From Octopus vulgaris (taxonomy: Eukaryota), in NCBI GenBank assembly GCA_951406725.2, contig OX597816.1, positions 67,456,001-67,520,000 on the forward strand: a stretch of 64,000 nucleotides of DNA, in the 5' to 3' direction. Positions 1 through 12,289 of this stretch are shown one piece after another. Both the position numbers and the translations under genes were made by a program. The notes under the pieces are model-generated. The model saw only the letters and a list, made by a program, of their open reading frames with translations. It was not told where the DNA came from and did not search any database. Numbering within the stretch: position 1 is the stretch's first letter; each line of letters starts with the position of its first letter.

Positions 1-1488
1 CAGGAGGTTGGGTGGAAAGAATATTCCTCCTCCTACTACTACCACCACCACCACCACCGATGTTGATGATAATTTCCAACATATGTAGAAAAACCAATTA
101 TTTTAGATGTTGTCGATTAAACTATCGCAGTACATGACTTGCACTTTTCTTCTATCGACTCAGAGATAAAAGGCCAGGTTGACATCAGCGAGGTTTGAAC
201 TCGGAACATAAAGGGACGTAACTATATGAAAAAAATTTAATCCGCTTCTTTATTGATTTTATCCTGACTTCAACAATAATAATAGTTTGACATATTCACA
301 AGGTCACATCTTTTACTTTTTACATAGAAAGAGGGGTGGTAAAGGGGGCAGTCAATTATATCAAACTAATACATTGACCGGTGCTTCATTCCAATCAACC
401 CGGTGAAAGATAAAACGAAAATACCGACCTCGTTGGAATTCGAACTCAGAACGACATAAAGACAGTCGCATAATGTTAGCGGTAATAACATAAGAATAAG
501 CAATATAGCAATGCTCGCTCAGTACCCCCCCCCCCCCCAACAGGATGTAGAAATTTGAAAATAAATAGTCGCGTCGCAAGCATTAACATCAATTTAGTAA
601 ACAAGTGCTCTGGTGTATTTAAGCAGGTGGAGGGGAGAAAATGAAGATAAGAATAGGGGTGAGGGTAGGAGTGAAAAAGGCGATGGGAAGGAAGGGGATG
701 TGGAGATAAAGACAAAGCAGACTATAGGACAGATGCGACTGAGATTATTAATACCCACCAGATATACTAAACAATGAAATCTGACATGGGAGCCTCTACG
801 TGGTTGTTTGAAATGTTAGAAATAGCAGTTAAATCTCACTTATATCACACTGCCGTTTAAAAAAATGAGTAAGTTTATAATGGACGATGTAAACCTAGAG
901 ACATTACTAAAAACAAATAAGACGATAGTCACGGATGAATTACTACTGATCCTAAATCTGACCGATCAGAACTGATCTGAGATTAAACAACAATAACGGT
1001 TTCTGATTTAGGCACAAAGCCAGCAATTTTGAATTTAGTTGATTCTATCGACATCAGTACTTGATTGGGACTTTAATGACCACGGAAGGATGAAAGGCAA
1101 CAAAATTGACCTCGGCAGGATTAGAACTCAGACCATAAAGAACCCGAGCAAATACTACAAGGTATTTTCTCCGACGCCATAACGATTCTGCCAACAGGCA
1201 TGGTCATATTTCCAAGTAGCAGCAAAGTCTCCCTCAAATTATATCTTGCCCACTAATAAAAGGAATGATATCAATAGTCACTGATATATTACAGCGTCAG
1301 CATTAAAATAAATGGTAGTGGTGGTGGTAAGATAGGAATGAGTACGCTTGAAATGCCCTTTGGTGGTTATGGGTCTAACCCGAGCGGGGCTGACCTGCAG
1401 AACAACGAAATCCTGTGACACTATAATAAATACAACAGAAAACTGTTGGTGGATGTATATGTGGTGCTTCTTTTTAGTTAAAGATACG

Positions 1489-1544
<56 letters not shown>

Positions 1545-2939
1545 CACACACACAAAACAAACGTTTTCAATTTGTCACATGAAACCCGAAGAGAAATCAA
1601 TTTGACAATCGATTCACATTATCCCCCTCTCCCATTCTAATGTCTGTTCCTCTTTATATTTACATCCTGTTTTTGTAGTTCGCATCATCTTCGTTTAACG
1701 ATAAAATAAAAAATATTGAGAATTTTATGAAATTTAATATATTTATGTAATAGAAATGAATTAATTTAAATAAAGGGAGACGAGCAGGAGAAGAAGTAAA
1801 TTGCGTGTCACCAGAAGGATCGCACAGTTTTAAAGTGCGACGGAGTGAATCATCGGCTTAGAACATTTTTAGCTACATGTGTGTGTACATATGTACAAAA
1901 TTTTATACACATGTACACACATTGTGTATATTCAGGTAAAACTTCATAAGTAGTGTGATGTGTAAGCGATGGTCAAAATCTTGAAATGTACATTAAGCAT
2001 ATCTCAATGTACACTACAAAATACGTACGCACATGTGTGTGTATACACACACACATATACATTATATATATATATATATGTTCAAGGTTTAAAAGGAACA
2101 CACTAGTTGATATATATGGACAAAAAGTCAAGGTAGAAAATTATATATATATATATATATATATAATTATTATTATTATTCGTGTATTAAAAACACACAC
2201 ATGTTGGGTGTCCATTGTATTTCAAATATTTTGACTGTTCATTATTAATTCAACTCCCCTGTTAAATACCATCTAAGCCATGAAAATCTATGTTTAGCTT
2301 TTAAATAACTGTCCCCTACAGCAGGCGCGTTAATTTGTCACTAGATTTGTAGGCTAATAATAAACCCCGACAGTATCTTCCTTCCTATCCTTCCTCACCC
2401 AACAAAAAAGCAGCTGATGACAGTAAGAAGACAACTGATTATATATAATTAGGCGCTTTGAATTATTATAACAAACGATTTATTATTTATTTGTTTAGAA
2501 ATGTACAAGGAAGTAAAACACACACACACACGTGTGTGTGTGTGTGTGTGGTGTCCCAGTTACCAGAAATAATATTGTATGATTTTTAGTATAGTCTCAC
2601 TGGATCATTTCGCATCCAGAACGGATCGTAAGTGAACATAATGTTGGATGTGAGAAATATAACATATTCAAAGAAGTCTCAACCATGGTCGTTCAGACTG
2701 ATAGAAATACAGCAAAATCTTCTTCATATCACACATCTGTCTTTTTTTTCTTTTTTAAGAGAGCACATTAACAATAAGTGAAGGATCAAAAAAGGAGGAA
2801 CACATATTCTCAGAGGCAGGCATGCCATTTGAACCGAGCTAGCTTGCAGTTAACATATATACATGATGCATGCGAGTAATTTAACTGGAATCCCAGTTTG
2901 TCGAAGTGGTATGTAAATTCTTATATATATATATGTGTG

Positions 2940-2971
<32 letters not shown>

Positions 2972-3485
2972 ATAGATAGATGACAAAAAGGAAAATATTG
3001 GGGATATTTTACTTTGATGAAGATGAGGGAACGACGCAAGAGGTAGACAGATAACTGGGTTTGAAGGCCATTGTATAGTGAAAACCGCAACACTGCCGTT
3101 TCAACACCTGTGTGTGTGTGTATATACACACAGACGCACACCTTGTTCTTTGGTTTAGTGAGGTGTATATGGAGGGAGGGGGACTAAGAGAAAAGGTGGC
3201 TTAACGGGGATATGTCGGACTGAATGAACAATAAACACCTCGGTTTAGCAGTGAAATACGAGCATCGCAAATGTATCTGCATGTTTGCAGATACATTTGG
3301 ACAGAGAAAGAAGGTGGATGGGTTTGTACACGTTTTTGGTTTAACAAACTACAGAAGCAGTACTCAATACATGTAGAGCTCATTTGCTACGGCGTGACTG
3401 GCTAGTTTCGTACACACACATATATATTATTTATTAAAACCAGACAAAACTATGTGAAATTCAGCTGCCTAGGGTTTCCAAACTG

Positions 3486-3522
<37 letters not shown>

Positions 3523-4064
3523 TGTCCCTGTACAAATTATATCCTCACACACTTCTCATTCTCTCTCTCTCTATATATATATGTATTATAGTGCGCATAT
3601 AATTCAGTTAAAACATGAACTAAGCAAACATAAATAGCAAAGAATGTATACAAGTTCTATAAATCATCATACATGTAGACGCACATAAACATACATGTCG
3701 TTAGTTATGGTCATAGATACATGTACATGTGTGTATATAATCATTATACATACTAGTTTGTGTTGTCTATGTATACACACATATATTCAGTGTGTTGTGC
3801 TGTACAGTCACACACACATGTATATGTGTCGAAGTGGGCGGTTTCCGTTGAAAGCTTGCTTGTGACTTTGAGTATGTGCTATGTTGATCATATGTTTGTG
3901 GGCAGAATGACTTACCACCCTGCCTGACTTATACAATGATCGTATATGTGCGTACCAAGACTTACCTCTAAGACTACGGATAATTAGTGATCATATATGT
4001 GTGTAGAATGACTTGTATAGTAGTCGTATACGTATATAATATATGTGTGTGTAGAATGACTTAC

Positions 4065-4187
4065 CGCAATTACATTAACGAACGTAGTCTTGCCAGAATA
4101 CTGCAAGCCGACTAGGGTTAATTCCATTTCTTCCTTCCAGAATAAACTTCGGAACCAATCAAGGATTCTTTGAAATAATGCTAACAT
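4065..4187 (-). CDS. ARL8: ARL8 (ADP-ribosylation factor-like 8) first coding exon, 41 codons; rest of gene presumably left of the window
   Basis: Translation [41 protein letters not shown] matches the ARL8A/B N-terminus (amphipathic helix + P-loop GLQYSGKT). It is followed immediately by a GTAAGT donor (acttac at 4059-4064), phase 0. I did not find exon 2 (SGQFSEDMIPTVGF-like) in 1-4064. Confidence 0.96.
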
Positions 4188-5259
4188 GATGAATAGTTTT
4201 CCTCAACCTCCTTCAAGACTCTTTTTTTCTTCTTCTTTCTTTTAATGTTTCTAAAATTTTCCTTTTTTTTTGTTTTAGAGTTTGTTAAAGGAAAATATGG
4301 TAATAACAAGAACAACCGCAAATAGTAATAATTATAGTAAAATATATATATATAATGAAATCTAAATAAAATATATCACCAAGTTGTTGACTTTTTGTTC
4401 CTTGTTCTCCTTTCTTTTGGTTGACTCCGGGTAGAAAACAATAAAACTATATCATAGATAAGGGTAGATTTATGTAGACACACATTAAATAATATATATA
4501 TATAAATACTTATATACACATGTACGTATGTGTATTTATATATATAAATGCAACGTTAGGTTGCTACTGTATCCTTGCAGGACAAAGGTTTCCGATATAT
4601 GCTTAGGTGTCTATGAGTGTTGTAAGGTGTGTATATTTTGACTAAAGGTAGTTATCAAGACAATATACACACCAAAGCACAGAGAGAAAGAGAGAGAGCT
4701 TGCGAGAAGACAGCAGCTTGCTTCTTTATATATATAAATATATATTTGTTGTGTTGTTAATCTTTCAGTTTGCTGTGATCTATACTCTTTTCCTTCATTC
4801 ACGATGATATTCCGTCGGTATAATAATAATATATATATTTGTGTATGACTAAATATATGTGTATTTGTGTATGTATGTATGTATGTTATAGCACACCAGT
4901 GTCTGTTTAGGAGAGGGAGAGAGTTAGGGTAGTTAGGGTGTGTGTTGTTTGTGAAACTAGCAGTGTTAGAGTAAGTAAGCGGCCTTCCACTGGTGTGTGT
5001 GCTTGTGCAGGAGTTGCTCGGACCGAAAGAGAGTGAAAGAGGAAGGTGCAAAGAGAGTGCAACCAGTATGAGGAATAGCCAGAGATAATGTAACTATAAG
5101 AGGGGGGAATGTGACAGCATGAAAGAGCATAATAAAAAATAATGATGAGGGATAGTAAGAGATGTTAACATTACATACACACACGCACAAGAACACAGAC
5201 GTAAAGAAACAGAGAGAGTAAGTGAAGAAGTGGTACGAGGTAAAGAAGGGGAGGAATGA

Positions 5260-5312
5260 CGAATCACATGACTGTAACTCATGGTTCTATTTCCGCTTCC
5301 GCTCATGTGACC
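5260..5312 (-). promoter_or_regulatory. Candidate ARL8 promoter: two M-box/CLEAR-like E-boxes and a tandem ETS/GABP-like site
   Basis: TCACATGAC at 5264-5272, TCATGTGAC at 5303-5311, and TTCCGCTTCCG at 5291-5301 (CGGAAGCGGAA on minus). They lie in the last unique DNA before the SINE field, ~1.1 kb upstream of the ATG. Confidence 0.5.
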
Positions 5313-5552
5313 CCTTAAAACATAATTAAATGTCATCCTAGACAGAGCTAGTGTTTTTAATTTGTCCCCGTACTTTAGTTTTGGTAAGGCACAAGAGGGA
5401 AATAGAAATCAAAACATGAATGTGTGTGTATATATATATATATATTATATATATATTAACGATCGACAGAAGTTACAGTGTTACTGCAAGCTTGCGAGTT
5501 TCGTTCACTGGCATTTATCAATAATATATGTACATCACACACACATATATAT

Positions 5553-5940
5553 ACTCTTTTACTTGCTTCAGTCATTTTGACTGCGGCCATGCTGGAGCAC
5601 CGCCTTTTTAGTCGAGCAAATCGACCCCGGGACTTATTCCTTGTAAGCCCAGTACTTATTCTATCGGTCTCTTTTTGCCGAACCGCTAGGTGACGGGGAC
5701 ATAAACACACCAGCATCGGTTGTCAAGCAATGCTAGAGGGACAAACACAAACATATACACACACATACATATATATACGACAGGCTTCTTTCAGTTTCCG
5801 TCTACCAAATCCACTCACATGGCTTTGGTCGGCCCGAGGCTATAGCAGAAGACACTTGCCCAAGATACCACGCAGTGGGACTGAACTCGGAAACATGTGG
5901 TTGGTTAGCAAGCTACTTACCACACAGCCACTCCTATACC
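5553..5940 (-). mobile_element. tRNA-derived SINE family A (full length)
   Basis: Head ggagtggctgtgtggtaag...gttcagtcccactgcg, internal (TA/CA)n, tail gactgaaacaagtaaaagag; more than 10 copies in the window. Confidence 0.85.
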
Positions 5941-6300
5941 TTTTTTCTTTCATTTGTTTCAGTCATAAGACTGTGGCCAAGCTGGGGCACGGCTTTGAAG
6001 AACTTTAGTTGAACGAACTGACCGCAGTAGTTTTTAAAGTCTGGTAGTCTATCCGTCATTTTCACCGAACCGTTAAGTTAGGGGACATAAACGCACTAAC
6101 ACCAGTTATCAAGCGGTGCAGAGGGTTAAACACAGGCACACACACACACACACATGTATGTATACAACAGGCTTCTTTGAATTTTAATATTTAGTCGGCC
6201 CGAGGCTATAGTAGAAGACACTTGCTCAAGATGACATGCTATGAGACTGAACCTAGAACCATACGGTTGAAAGCAAACTTCTTACCACACAGTCACGACT
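5941..6300 (-). mobile_element. Older diverged SINE family A copy
   Basis: Colinear but diverged similarity to the adjacent family A copy. Confidence 0.7.
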
Positions 6301-6389
6301 ATTTCTTTCCTTTCCTGAGCGTCCAATAACACTATACTTGTTCCACGTCCTCGCGTTGTTGTTTTCTCTTTGTGTTTTCATGTTTGGAT

Positions 6390-6395
<6 letters not shown>
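6301..6395 (+). mobile_element. 5'-truncated 3' end of the hammerhead-bearing PLE-LTR-like family seen at 35068-35252
   Basis: ttcctgagcgtccaataacactatacttgttcc...tttggattaac(ta)n is nearly identical to 35175-35252. Confidence 0.75.
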
Positions 6396-6429
<34 letters not shown>

Positions 6430-6433
6430 TATA

Positions 6434-6682
6434 TATAAAATAATATGTTACATTACTCGATAGTCAAGATAAAACTCTGAGTTTCAGATGCCGAAGTGGG
6501 AGTCCACGACATCTCTTCGGTTATCTGGCTATTTCTAGATAACCGAAGAGATGTCGTGGATTCCCACTTCGGCATCTGAAACTCAGAGTTTTATCTTGAC
6601 TATCGAGTAATGTAACATATTATTTTATAGATAAATTTCCTCTATTTACATAATATTGAGGTCTCTTTCTTTTTTTTTTGTT
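6434..6682 (+). mobile_element. Fold-back PLE-like insertion: 93-bp inverted arms, 10-nt loop, unique tail, flanked by (TA)n; contains a hammerhead-like motif
   Basis: Arms 6434-6526 and 6537-6629 have one mismatch. Motif at 6537-6596: agataa CCGAAGA gatgtcg...cggcatc t GAAA ctcagag TT ttatct. Confidence 0.75.
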
Positions 6683-6698
6683 ATATATATATATATAT

Positions 6699-7235
6699 GG
6701 CCAGCCAAGTGAGACCATAACCTGTGGCCTATGCCAGGGGTGTAACCAGCCCACTTATGTGTACCTTTCCTTCATTGGACACTAAACTCTGCTTTCGAAG
6801 ACCTGTTGAGGCAAGTGAAATCGAAATTGAATCAAATTCGATGACTGGCACCCATGCCAGTGGAGTGCTAATTGAACCAACCGAGTGTGATTATTGCCAG
6901 AGCAGCTGACTGGCTTCTGTGCCTGTGTCATGTGAAAAACATTCTAGTGAGGTTGTTGCCAGTGCCGCTGGACTGGCTCCTGTGCAGGTGGCACATAAAA
7001 AACACCATTTGAGCGTGACCACTGCTAGTACCGCTTGACTGGCCCTTGTGACAATGGCACATAAAAGCACCCACTACACTCTCAGAGTGATTGGCTTTAG
7101 GAAGGACATCCAGCTGTAGAAACTCTGCCAGATCAGATTGAAGCCTGGTGCAGCCATCTGGCTTGCCAGTCCCCAGTCAAACTGCCCAACCCATGTCAGC
7201 ATGGAAAGCGTTAAACGATGATGATGATAATGATA
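6699..7235 (+). mobile_element. SINE-like family C with internal ~65-bp tandem subrepeats and (GAT)n tail
   Basis: Core ttaggaagg(g)catccagctgtagaaactctgccagatc and tail gttaaacgatgatgatg; related copies at 11895-12172, 13000-13345 and 17480-17872. Confidence 0.75.
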
Positions 7236-7363
7236 ATAAGCCGGTGCTGGAGAAAGTAATTAGAGCTGAGTTAATTTGTTTCCTTATTTTCAGTTTCGTC
7301 CCCTCAAGAATCCAAAATTAAACCTGGGATCAACTTTAACATTCTTATATATATATATATATA

Positions 7364-7754
7364 TAGGAGTTGCTGTGTGGTAAGTTGCTTTCTTACCAAC
7401 CACATGGTTCTAGGTTCAGTCCCACTGCATGGCACCTTGGGCAAGTGTTTTCTGCTATAGCCTCAGGCTCACCAAAGCCTTGTGAGTGGATTTGGTAGAC
7501 AGAAACTGAAAGAAGTCCATCTTATATATGTATATATATATATGTATGTGTGTGTATATGTTTGTCCCCCGGAAACATCACTTGACAACTGATGCTGGTG
7601 TGTATACGTCCCTGTAACTTAGCGGTTCAGCAACAGAGACCGACAGTAAGTACTAGGCTTACAAAAATAAGTCTTGGAATTGATTTGCTCAACTAAAAGC
7701 GGTGCTCCAGCATGGCCACAGTCAAATGACTGAAACAAGTAAAAGAGTAAAAGA
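7364..7754 (+). mobile_element. SINE family A
   Basis: Colinear with the other family A copies from head to tail. Confidence 0.85.
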
Positions 7755-7759
7755 CCTAG

Positions 7760-8133
7760 TGAAACATTGGCTGAGATAAATGGGAAGGATTTAGGAATAG
7801 TTATAGAGCTGGGAGTAGAAGATAGAACAAACCTTATACACCTTGAAATCCTAGAATTAATCTTGAAGACCATAAGAATAATTTTCACAGCGTCCCAACT
7901 ATTAGGCTGATATGCCCATCAAAGATGGATGTAGATAGAATTATTAAAACTATTATAGATACGATTATACTGACTCTTAGATTCAAAAGTAAACTTACAC
8001 TATGGTCTGACAGAGAGGATGTGATTCGATAGTTCAAAAGCCTATAGACTAAAAATGGTAAATTTATACAACTTCATATCTCATATCATTCTACGATTAA
8101 TCCATTATTACTAAATAAGACCTTTATATTTGC
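7760..8133 (+). pseudogene. Degenerate Penelope-like element reverse-transcriptase fragment
   Basis: My translation from 7862 is LEDHKNNFHSVPTIRLICPSKMDVDRIIKTIIDTII..LRFKSKLTLWSDREDVIR*FKSL*TKNGKFIQLHI..INPLLLNKTFIFA. It resembles the PLE RT signature (LKDHK..F...P..RLI.P.K...W.....VI.WF....FIQ.DI). In-frame stops; not in the ORF track. Confidence 0.75.
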
Positions 8134-8134
8134 A

Positions 8135-8802
8135 TGACTGTGGCCATGTTGGAGCACTGCCTTTAGACAAGCAAATCAACCCCAGGATTTATTCTTTGTA
8201 AGCCTAGTACTCATTCTATCGGCTCTGTTGCTGAACCGCTAAGTTATGGGGACGTAAAAACACCAGCATCAGTTGTCAAGCAATGTTGGGGGGGACAAAC
8301 ACAAGCACACAAATGTATACACACACATACATTTATATATATATAGAAATATATATATATATATATATAATATACATATATATGATGGGCTCCTTTCAGT
8401 TCCCGTCTACCAAATCCACTTACAAGGCTTTGGTCGGCCTGAGGCTATAGAAGAAGACACTTGCCCAAGGTGCCACGCAGTGAGATTGAACCCGGAACCA
8501 TGTGGCTGGTAAGCAAGCTACTTACCACACAGCCACTCCTATGCCTATAGGTCTTTTACTCTTTTACTTGTTGCAGTCATTTGACTGTGGTCATGCTGGA
8601 GCACTGCCTTTAGTCGATCAAGCAAACCCAGGACTTATTCTTTGTAAGCCTAGTACTTATTCTATTGGTCTCTTTTGCCGAACCACTAAGTTACGGGGAT
8701 GTAAGCACACCAGCATCGGTTGTCAAGCGATGTTGGGGGGACAAACACAGAAACATAAACATATACACACACATATATATATATATACATATATACGACA
8801 GG
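8135..8802 (-). mobile_element. Two tandem SINE family A copies (second lacks its head)
   Basis: 8135-8547 is complete; 8553-8802 ends at tatacgacagg where the inverted duplication starts. Confidence 0.8.
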
Positions 8803-8808
8803 TTATAT

Positions 8809-9750
8809 ATGTCCATGCTCGCATGGGTGGGACAGTTTGACAACAGACAGCCAGGCAGAAGCCTGCACCAGACTTTTGCAACTGTTTGAGAAGGATTTTT
8901 ACAGCTGGATGCCCTTCCTAATGCTAAACACTCACCAGGGTGGACTTAGTGCTTTTTATGTGACTCAATCACAGGCAAGGCTTTTACAGCTGGATGCCCT
9001 TCCAAACGCCAACCACTTTACAGTGTGGACTGGGTGCTTTTAAGTGGCACCTACACTGACAGGGTCACCAAGTACTTGCAAGACAAAAGTATAAATTCTC
9101 TTTTGATCTTTTGAGAAGGAAGGAGCATTGGAGGAGGTGATCTTGTGTCAAATTATGAAAGGTTATAGTGAGAGACAGATAAAGGTGAGTATGCCCGGCA
9201 CTTTGCCACCATCTTTATCCTGCTGTCTCCCACTGACTCTTTCATCTTACACTTCCTTCAGGTTGCGTAGCCATGTATTTCCTTTGCAGCAGCCCACCTG
9301 TTTCTGTCTTCATCCCTGATCTCTCCCTCTCTCTCTCTTCAGCTGGGTAACCTTGTACCTATTCTACTGCAAGACACCTGTTTCTGTCTCTCACTATAAC
9401 CTTTCATAATTTGACACAAGATCACCTCCTCCAATGCCCCTCCCTTCTCAAAAGATCAAAAGAGAATTTATACTTTTGTCTTGCAAGTACTTGGTGACCC
9501 TGTCAGTGTAGGTGCCACTTAAAAGCACCCAGTCCACACTGTAAAGTGGTTGGTGTTTGGAAGGGCATCCAGCTGTAAAAGCCTTGCCTGTGATTGAGTC
9601 ACATAAAAAGCACTAAGTCCACCCTGGTGAGTGTTTAGCATTAGGAAGGGCATCCAGCTGTAAAAATCCTCAAACAGTTGCAAAAGTCTGGTGCAGGCTT
9701 CTGCCTGGCTGTCTGTTGTCAAACTGTCCCACCCATGTGAGCAAGGACAT
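8809..9750. repeat. Long inverted duplication (~370-bp arms, ~200-bp spacer) of an old family C-like element
   Basis: 8809-9179 is the near-identical reverse complement of 9383-9750 (mirror ORFs 8837..9043+ and 9519..9722-). Confidence 0.9.
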
Positions 9751-9902
9751 TAAACGATGGTGATGATGATGATGATAATAATGAATATATACATATATAT
9801 ATATTCAGCAGGTGCAGGCATTGATGTATGGTAAAAATGTTCTTCTCAGCCACATAGTTCTGGGTTCAGTCTCACTGCATACCACCTTGCATAAGTGTCT
9901 TC

Positions 9903-9979
<77 letters not shown>

Positions 9980-10166
9980 CATGTGTGTGTATTTATGTCC
10001 CTGTAACCCATCAGATTGGCAAAAGAGACTGATAGACAAAGTACCAGATTTCGAAAAATAAGTACTGGTTTGACTAAGACTCTTTAAGGTGGTGCTCCAG
10101 CATAGCTGCAGTCAAATGACTGAAATGAGTAAAAGAGAGTAAAAAAGAGAATATATATATATATAA

Positions 10167-10575
10167 AATTAGAAAAAAACACACCTTTTATCAATTCACA
10201 ATGAACAATTAAATTACACCATCTAGAAAATTACATGTATTAGAATAACAATAAAATGCCAATGATTAAGTAAATTGCAAAAAAATATAAAAACGTATAT
10301 ATATAATCTACCAATTATATACGTTTTTATATTTTTTTTGCAATTTACTTAATCATTGGTATTTTATTGTTATTCTAATTTTAATATTTCTATTATATGT
10401 AATTTTCTAGATGGTGTAATTTAATTGTTCATTTGAATTGATAAAAGGTGTTTTTTTTCTAATTATTTATATATATAAATTATATTGTGTGAAATTTGAT
10501 TTAGTATTTCTAAATTGATTTTTTGTTTTTTCCCTGTAAGTTTGGATTAATATTCCCTCAAATAATAATTATTAT
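10167..10575 (+). mobile_element. AT-rich fold-back insertion (~140-bp arms + unique tail) between (TA)n tracts
   Basis: 10167-10307 vs 10314-10464 are reverse complementary (right arm has an extra ~20 bp); same layout as 6434-6682. Confidence 0.7.
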
Positions 10576-11019
10576 ATATACGTATATCATATTTTTTGCT
10601 CATGTCTGTGGAACATTGACAATAAATCAATCATTAATGTTATATCATACAGCAATCGCTTTAATGTTGCTAACTTGGTAAAAATAATAGATTTACTATT
10701 TTGGTTAAGCTGTCTTTTTCAAGACTACTCAGCTTCAAATTCTTCAAATTCTCCCTTGGCATAGTTCTCCACTCCTATCTGATAAAATTTTGTTTGTTTG
10801 TTTTGCCTTTGCTTTTTCTTGTCTTCTTACCTCCTCCTCATCATCCTTCCTTACTGTCCTCTCCTCCCCCTCTCCCTCCCTTGAAGTATGTAGAGTACAT
10901 TAAAAAAAATTTGTTTGATATATTTGAAAAATGTATGCAAAATTGTTTCAGTGTTAGTGAGGGATGCATGATGGGACAGAAATACTGGATATAAAGTGTG
11001 CATAAATACATACATACAT

Positions 11020-11406
11020 ACTCTTTTACTTGTTTCAGTCATTTGACTGTGGCCATGCTAGAGCACCGCCTTTAGTCGAGCAAATCGACCCAAGGACTTA
11101 TTCTTTTGTAAGCCTAGTACTTATTCTATTGTCCCTTTTGCCGAACCGCTAAGTTACGGGGACACAAACACACCAGCATTGGTTATCAAGCTATGTTGGA
11201 GGGGACAAACATAGACACACAAACATACACACACACATATACGACAAGCTTCTTTCAGTTTCTGTCTACCAAATCAACTCACAAGGCTTTGGTCGGCCTG
11301 AGGCTATAGTTGAAGACACTTGCCCAAGGTGCCATGCAGTGGGACTGAACCTGGAACCATGTGATTGGTAAGCAAGCTATTTACCACACAGCCACTTCTA
11401 CACCTA
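11020..11406 (-). mobile_element. SINE family A
   Basis: Colinear with family A. Confidence 0.85.
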
Positions 11407-11894
11407 TGAAAAATGTAGACAAACAAGATACCATTAAGAAATTCGCCCGGCGCGCTAGCGTTTCTGCCAGCTTGCCGCCTATACATACATATATATATAT
11501 ATATGTATGTGTGTGTGGTGGTGGTGGTGGTAGATCTTCATCATTTTGTGATGAGGATTCAGTTGTTCAATTAACTAAACTATCTACTCCTTAATTAATG
11601 TGTAAGGTGGTTGGGTACTTCACAGACACATGTACCATTAACATAATTCCCAGGCAGTATAAGTATGCCACAGTATGTGACAAGGCTATACCATCTGAAT
11701 TACAATCTAACCCATAGACTGTTACAGAGTTTTGTGTTTACCCTATTTCACTTATAAGGGACGAGTTGATCTGATGCTAAAAAAAATATTACATTTGCCC
11801 AATATGTAATGCAGTAAGATTGAAACTGGGCCCTCCTGGTTGCAAAGCAAAAAATTTAACTATTTGGTCACACTGTGTCTACTGTATGTGTGTC

Positions 11895-12172
11895 ATCATC
11901 ATCATCATTTATCGTCCGCTTTCCATGCTAGCATGGTTGGACGATTTGACTGAAGACTGGCGAACCAGATGGCGCACCAGGCTTCAATCTTGATCTGGCA
12001 GAGTTTCTACAGCTGGATGCCCTTCCTAACACCAACCACTCTGAGAGTGTAGCAGGTGTTCTTACGTGCCACTGGCATGAGGGCCAGTCAGGTGGTATTG
12101 GCAACGGCCACACTCAAATACTGCTTTTTACGTGCCACAGTTGCCAGTGGCACTGGAAACGGCCTCGCTCGA
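11895..12172 (-). mobile_element. SINE-like family C, 3' part
   Basis: catcatcat...tttccatgctagcatgg...cagctggatgcccttcctaa core. Confidence 0.75.
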
Positions 12173-12289
12173 AAAAATATAGTATAGTAAAATATTTATG
12201 TTTTCTGTTTTTATTTAAATAAATTCTTCCTCTGAGAAAGCAGCTGGTTTCTAACAAAGATACAAAGCTCCATCATTGAAATGTAAATA

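Noticed and set aside
3984-4064. C-terminal extension of the 67-aa ORF (VSHSTHTY...)
   Set aside because: Intron read-through past the GTAAGT donor; no ARL8 similarity.
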